Shown: in pieces, positions 58,395 to 64,000 of the stretch
Position numbering within the stretch: position 1 is the first letter of the stretch
Layout: every line of letters begins with the position of its first letter
Notes under the pieces: generated by a model
What the model was told of the DNA's origin: nothing
The model's input: the letters and a program-made list of their open reading frames with translations, nothing else
Database searches by the model: none
Source: the human T2T-CHM13v2.0 reference genome, Homo sapiens
Direction of reading: 5' to 3'
DNA: 64,000 nucleotides
NCBI GenBank assembly: GCA_009914755.4
Contig: CP068257.2
Coordinates: 16,640,001-16,704,000 of the forward strand
Program-made: the position numbers and the translations under genes

Positions 58395-60690
58395 CTTAGT
58401 CTGTCTCTAATAGTATTTACTGATCACCAATTATTGTGATGTTAGGAATCAGTCATACACTGGTAAAGCAAAGGTAAATTTGACCTAGAGTTTGCTGTGA
58501 AGGAACTCACTTCTTGTCACAATTTTATGACCAATATTATTCCATGAGAATGTATGGTACTTTCCTGCTTTTGCATCCATTTTATGAGTATCATTCCGTC
58601 TTTTATCTGCACGCTTCCTTAAAGCCTTCTTCTGCTCACATTTTTTTTTTCTCCAAAGTCCTCTATCACTTACTTCTCTCATGTATTACTTTTAGGGGCA
58701 TATAATTATACATTGCTTCAAATATTTATTTATATATTTTTTCATGTATTAATGGTTATTGCTACATCTTACATTTCATCTGCAGTGTTTAGCAGATGGC
58801 AGATATTTATAAAATTTGAATGAATGATTAAATACTGAGTAACATATATATCTCATATAAGCATCTAAACATGTTAATACACAAGATAGTAAAAGCAAAC
58901 CGATCTTTTGGAGGAATGTAAGTGCTCATTCAATATGGTGGCATGGGATCAATATGACAATATAACTACTGTCTTCAACCTAATGGTAGCTCATTTGTTA
59001 CATGTTCTTAAATACCCATAATTAACCTTTAGATCCTTTTCATTGTTAAAGCCACTCATCTGAAAAGTCTGCTTTTTTTCCTTGAAGATTGGAAGCAGAA
59101 AAAGATAGAGTTTTGGAAGTAAACCAAATTTGGATAGGCTCTCCAAACTGATTTGCTGATATAATTTGGTAAAAGTATTAAGTGTGCTTCAAAGAAAATG
59201 AGAAATGGAAAAAGTACTGCGTTTGTGGGATCAGATCCATGCAGAACAAAACACACATGAGGTTTAACCCAAGCAAAGCCATAGAGCTAAGTCAGCTTCC
59301 AACCACCACAATCCAAAGAAAAAAGCATTGTTTTTTTTTGCATAAAAACAAGTGTAGTGAAAAAATCCCTATAGAAAGTCAGTGGATGTTTGTAATTATT
59401 TATTATCATAGGCATTTTTCTTTTTCTTTGTTTATCTGTCAAACCCCTAATCTGAAAGTAGTATGAAGTGATTGTCTTCTTTGACATGGATAATTTGAAT
59501 GGTAATGGGTTTTGTTCTGAAATGTCACGCTTCCAATTTGACTTAAGAGCACAAGTAGACACAGGCTCGATTTGGTTCTTTTGACTTAAAAGATCTTATA
59601 GGACATTGTGAACCTTGGTCACTTCTCAGGAGTAACACATGAGTGGATCCATGAAAGAAACATATGCCAAAGCCTTACAAAGGTACTGTGATAGTTAATA
59701 TTGAATGCCAGCTTGATTGGATTGAAGGATGCAAAGTATTGTTCCTGGGTGTGTCTATGAGGGTGCTGCCAAAGAAGATTAACATTTGAGTCAGGGGACT
59801 GGGAAAGGCCGACCCACTCTCAGTCTGGGTAGGCACAATATAATCAGCTGCCAGCACAGCTAGAATAAAAGCAGGCAGAAGAACATGGAAGGATTAGACT
59901 GGCTGAATTTTCTGGCCTTCATCTTTCCCCCATGCTGGATGCTTCCTGCCCTCAAACATCAGACTCCAAGTTCTTCAGCTTTCAGACTCTTGGACCTACA
60001 CCTGGTTGCCAGAGGCTCTCAGGCCTTTGGCCACAGACTGAAGGCTGCACAATCAGCTTTCCTACTTTTGAGGTTTGGGGACTTGGACTGGCTTTTTTGC
60101 TCTAAGCTTGCAGATGGCCTATTATGAAATTTCACCTTGTGATCATGTGAGTCAATACTCCTTAAAAACTCTGTTTCATATACACATCTATCCTATGAGT
60201 TCTGTCCCTCTAGAGAACGCTGACTAATACCGCCACTATTTAGGACAAAAATATTTTAGGTGATCTATGTCTGTATGTTCAAAGTCCAGGCTTGATTAGT
60301 CATTGTTATTAAATTATTTTAAAAATAGACACAGTAGGTTTCAGATTTAACTAAACTCTTAAAATTACTCCTTAAGAAGCCCACAAAAACCTCAAGGCAC
60401 CCTCCCCAAAGACTACAGACCATGCCACGTGGCCAGTACAACATTTGTTTGTATTCCAGTGAAAACAAAATGGAAACCAGCTCCTTTATTACTTTCAAAT
60501 ATAAGAAAGATACTAAAATGATCATTAATATGCTCAATAACGAAGAGTGGTTTTCATTGTGGATTTATGTGTAACATGTAATATTTTGCTAGCCTCCATT
60601 TGGTTTATATTTTGAAGTCTTTGATTTTCAGGAAAAATAAATAACAGTAGGTTGAGATAATAAGCCAAAGGAAGATCTACCTGAAAATAA

Positions 60691-61010
60691 TTATTGTTTT
60701 TTGTTTTGTTTTGATTTTCTAGAGACAGAGTCTTACTCTGTTGCCCAGGCTGGAGTGCAGTGACATGATTACAGCTCACAACAGCCTCAATCTCTCAGGC
60801 TCAAGAGTCCCTCCTGCCTCAGCCTCTCCGGTAGCTGGGACTACAGGTATGCACCACTGTGCCCAGCTAATTTGTGTTTGTTTGTTTTGTTTTGTAGAGA
60901 CAGAGTCTCGCTGTAATCCTCAGGCTGGTCTCAAACTCCTGGCTTCAAGCAATCCTCCTGCTTCAGCCTCCCGAAGTGCTGGAATTATAGCTGTGAGCCT
61001 CCACACCTGA
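60691..61010 (-). mobile_element. Old Alu (AluJ-like), minus orientation. Its head ends 44 bp from the exon at 61055-61190.
   Basis: T-rich tail ttattgttttttgttttgttttg then agagacagagtcttactctgttgcccaggctggagtgcagtgacatgattacagctcacaacagcctc...gcttcagcctcccgaagtgctggaattatagctgtgagcctccacacctgac. Confidence 0.85.
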
Positions 61011-61054
61011 CGTTAATGATTTAATAAGACAAAATACACATGAAGGTTACTTAC

Positions 61055-61190
61055 TAGGAAGTTCTGGTGGAGGAGTTGGCACCAAAGTTGGTTCTGGATA
61101 AAGACTCCCATTGCAAATCCCATATGTTAGGCTAATGTCATCCAACGCAATATCACTCAGGATCTTGTTTTTAAAAGCATTAAAAGCAAC
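61055..61190 (-). CDS. TMPRSS15: TMPRSS15 coding exon, end of MAM domain. Translates to VAFNAFKNKILSDIALDDISLTYGICNGSLYPEPTLVPTPPPELP(T), approx residues 477-522.
   Basis: Provided ORF 61047..61229(-). Acceptor tgaattgcag, donor gtaagtaacc. The exon ends with 1 nt (a) that joins cg of the next exon to give Thr. Confidence 0.9.
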
Positions 61191-63147
61191 CTGCAATTCA
61201 GAGAGGCATATGAAACGATTTGATTCCATTCTAATCTTCTCTGACTTGATTCTTCTTGTGAGCCCAAGAGATTCAATATTGTCTAGAGATTCAATATTGT
61301 CACCTTGAACTATATGGTGACCGTTACTACATAGTGAAATCTTGACAGATCATGCTTTTTAAATTCTTCTGCTGAACCCAACCCCCTTATTATGTGTTCA
61401 CACTGGCTAAATTTCCAATGATGTCTTCCTTCTGAATTAGTCAATATTGTTACAGTTTCTATATCTCTGTCTGTGTCTCTCTTATGATATTGTCATATTC
61501 CATTGTACTCTGTCATGCATATATATCATCTGGCAGGAGAAAGCAATTTTCTCCCAAATTTCTTCTTTCAGCAATATTAAACATTCAGGTAGTTTTCTTC
61601 CTTCTTAGAGCATACAAAGCCTGAAGAGAAAACACACTGGGGGTGAAGGGGACGAGAGAGAGTATGAGTGTAAAACGATCATTCAGGGCCAGCTGTTACT
61701 GGTCACAGTTCACCCAGGGTGTTGATGTGGGATACTGTGCAAGGGTGGTGCCCGGAGGACACAGAACGAGATTTGGAAGAAAGGTCCAGTGGCCAGAGGT
61801 AACATATTAGGTTCTCAGGAACAGTGGGTATTTTAGCTGTACTTTCCTGGATCCTGTGCTATGTAGAAGAGGAAAGACATAAATTGAATGTCTGCTATAT
61901 GCTATTTGCTATGCTAGGCACATGGTATACATTGATCTTATTTAATTTTCAACACTCATTCATTCACTCATTTGTTTATTCATTCCACCTACTTCATGCC
62001 AGACATTATTCCAGTAGGTATTATTTTCTTCCTTACACATATGACCTAATTAAATTTCAAGGAGACTATGGTGACTTGCTCATGATTTCACAACAAAATG
62101 GCAAAGCCAAAGTGCACGTATCTGTAGAACTTGACTCTCTCGCACCACCTCATGAGCTGTGAGAAACTGGATCCAATTATATTACTTTAGAAAAGACGCT
62201 CAATGAGTATAGCCACATCTGGCCACTGCAATACTGACTTCCCCTTCTGCTGTCTCTTTTCTCCCTGGCCTTTCCATTTTCCCTTACCCTTCTCTGAATT
62301 ATCAGAAAACAAAATTGGAGAGGAAACGTCCCATAAAAGGATCAAAGAAGAAGAAAGAAGGAAAAAGGAAGAGAAGGAAAGAAAGAATGATGGGAGGAAA
62401 ACGGTTGAGAGTCATTAATTATTGCCTTACACCAAGTCACGGGGAAAATCTGAAGCCTTTGATGATGGCAGTGTCTGTCCAAATATACATCTTCTGAAAG
62501 TGATACTCTTGTGTTTGAAATTACCCATTTAAAACATTATTAATTTGGTCAAACTAATAGCCTCTATTATGCCATATTTTAATTGCAAAGACCCTCAGGA
62601 AGAGAACACATTAAAGTGTTATTTGAAAAATTAATTCACCTTAATGTGAAATAAATGATCAGAGACTTCCCAATGCTACAGCTCATATAATTTGTTTCTA
62701 AAGGAAATACATGGAGATTAAATCAGAGTGGGGCAGGGTGGGTGGATGCCTATGGGCATAGGCATAGAAAAGGGCAGGGTTGACCTAGGTGGTATTTGTG
62801 AAAAGCTGAAAATTGTAGGTAGGCAGAGGGCTTAGAGATAAATGGTTGGCCTATGCTAGAAAGTTGCTGAAGGAAGCTGAAATATTCTAAAAGACTTCGA
62901 TGTATTTTATGGACCATTATAAGCTGTATTTTCATTAGTACATTGTTCCTCAATGATGGTTTTTAATAGGCTATTGAATAAATAAAAATAAAATACTCCA
63001 AGGTAAAATGTGAGGTAGATTGGGCAAGTAGAGAAAGTGACTTGATTATCTTCAGAAAATACATTAATTTTTTCACTGTATCATTCTAAATATAATTGTT
63101 CCACCACAAAAAGGATACAAATATAAATAATAAAGTATTTTGCAAAC

Positions 63148-63298
63148 CTTAAATTTAACTGTTTCATTTAGGGTTACTTGTCCATAATTCCAATTGTCTC
63201 CATAATTTCCTTCCTTTTGGAAAACTGTCTTCTCCATATTTTGGTCATTGCTGATATTAATGCTTAATTTATGGACATTTTCACCATACATATGATAC
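63148..63298 (-). CDS. TMPRSS15: TMPRSS15 coding exon, MAM domain. Translates to YHMYGENVHKLSINISNDQNMEKTVFQKEGNYGDNWNYGQVTLNETVKFK, approx residues 427-476.
   Basis: Provided ORF 63073..63291(-) contains this peptide. Acceptor ccaaactag, donor gtttgc. The exon ends in phase 0 and the next exon starts in phase 0. Confidence 0.9.
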
Positions 63299-63596
63299 CT
63301 AGTTTGGAAAGAAGCAAAAATGTTTGGATTCCTACAACATTAGAATAAGTCCTTTTCAGAGCTTTTCTACATTTTTTACTTTCTTTGAAATAATCTTTTT
63401 TTCCTTCTGGGTTTTGGAGTTGCTGGGGATGGGGAGAGGTGTCTATCAATGTTTTATTGCTTATCAGTTGGGAAAAGTAATAGTATATGCATTAAAACTT
63501 TAGCCAACATCTTAGTGAAATATGAGCCTGGTGGCCTGAGCAAGGCAATGTTACCCATTAAAAAAGACAGCGTTTAAACAGGTGTCTACAACATAC

Positions 63597-63702
63597 CAGA
63601 AACTAAGGCAAGCTGGCTCCAAAGTGGGGTCCAAAGGGAGGCTTAAAAGCCCCACTCGTTCTTGTCTCCCTCCTGGTCCAGTTGGGGTAGAAATGTAAAA
63701 TC
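63597..63702 (-). CDS. TMPRSS15: TMPRSS15 coding exon, MAM domain part. Translates to (G)FYISTPTGPGGRQERVGLLSLPLDPTLEPACLSF(W), approx residues 391-426.
   Basis: Minus-strand translation matches the enteropeptidase MAM domain as I recall it. Acceptor ttttacag at 63703-63710 and donor gtatgttg at 63596-63589 (both read on the minus strand) bracket it. Phase is consistent with the next exon (tg + g = W). Confidence 0.85.
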
Positions 63703-64000
63703 CTGTAAAAATATCAAAAAAAATTTATTTCACTTAAATATTGCATTTTCATTGTGTGACAAGTAGACTTTGTAAGCAGGAAAGAAAAACTTTAAGAAGA
63801 AAGGTTAAGGAAATATATTTTAATATAGTGGACAGGACACTAGACTCGAGCTCAGAAAGCAGTATTTTTGCCATAACAGATTGTTATTGACAAAAATAGC
63901 TTAACACTGGGCCTCCCACTTTATTAAACAAGAGTCTTGAAGTGGAGTACCACCAAGGATATATAAAATTCTGACTTATTATGAGTCACTAAATTATCCA

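Noticed and set aside
62203-62497. Lys/Glu-rich ORFs (KEEERRKKEEKERK...)
   Set aside because: This is a translation of a GA-rich polypurine tract (aaggaagagaaggaaagaaag). It is low complexity, not a gene.

Overview
This window is human (primate) nuclear DNA, not prokaryotic. It is AT-rich, CpG-poor and dense with Alu SINEs, L1 LINE fragments, a MaLR/THE1 solo LTR and microsatellites.

On the minus strand I can reconstruct 12 consecutive coding exons with canonical GT-AG junctions and mutually consistent phases. Their translation reads continuously as the C-terminal half of enteropeptidase (TMPRSS15/PRSS7, chr21q21). The run covers the end of the MAM domain, CUB2, LDLRA2, SRCR, the Lys784|Ile785 zymogen-activation site, and the start of the serine-protease domain including the catalytic His825 and Asp876 codons. 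The gene runs right to left, so its remaining 3' exons lie before coordinate 1 and its 5' exons lie beyond 64000.

Everything else is intronic. That includes two L1 insertions with the 5'-inversion signature of twin priming, and a 3.3-copy tandem array of about 176 bp that carries an L1 3' end and lies 85 bp from a splice acceptor. It also includes a 110-bp near-perfect palindrome, a (CCCAT)n pentanucleotide array, long polypyrimidine and polypurine tracts, and a local 120-bp duplication.

The window contains no prokaryotic-type system: no operon, CRISPR array, tRNA or rRNA gene, or prokaryotic defence locus, and I do not claim one. The six-frame ORFs of 60 aa or more are either Alu/L1-derived, low-complexity, or fragments of the TMPRSS15 exons extended into introns.
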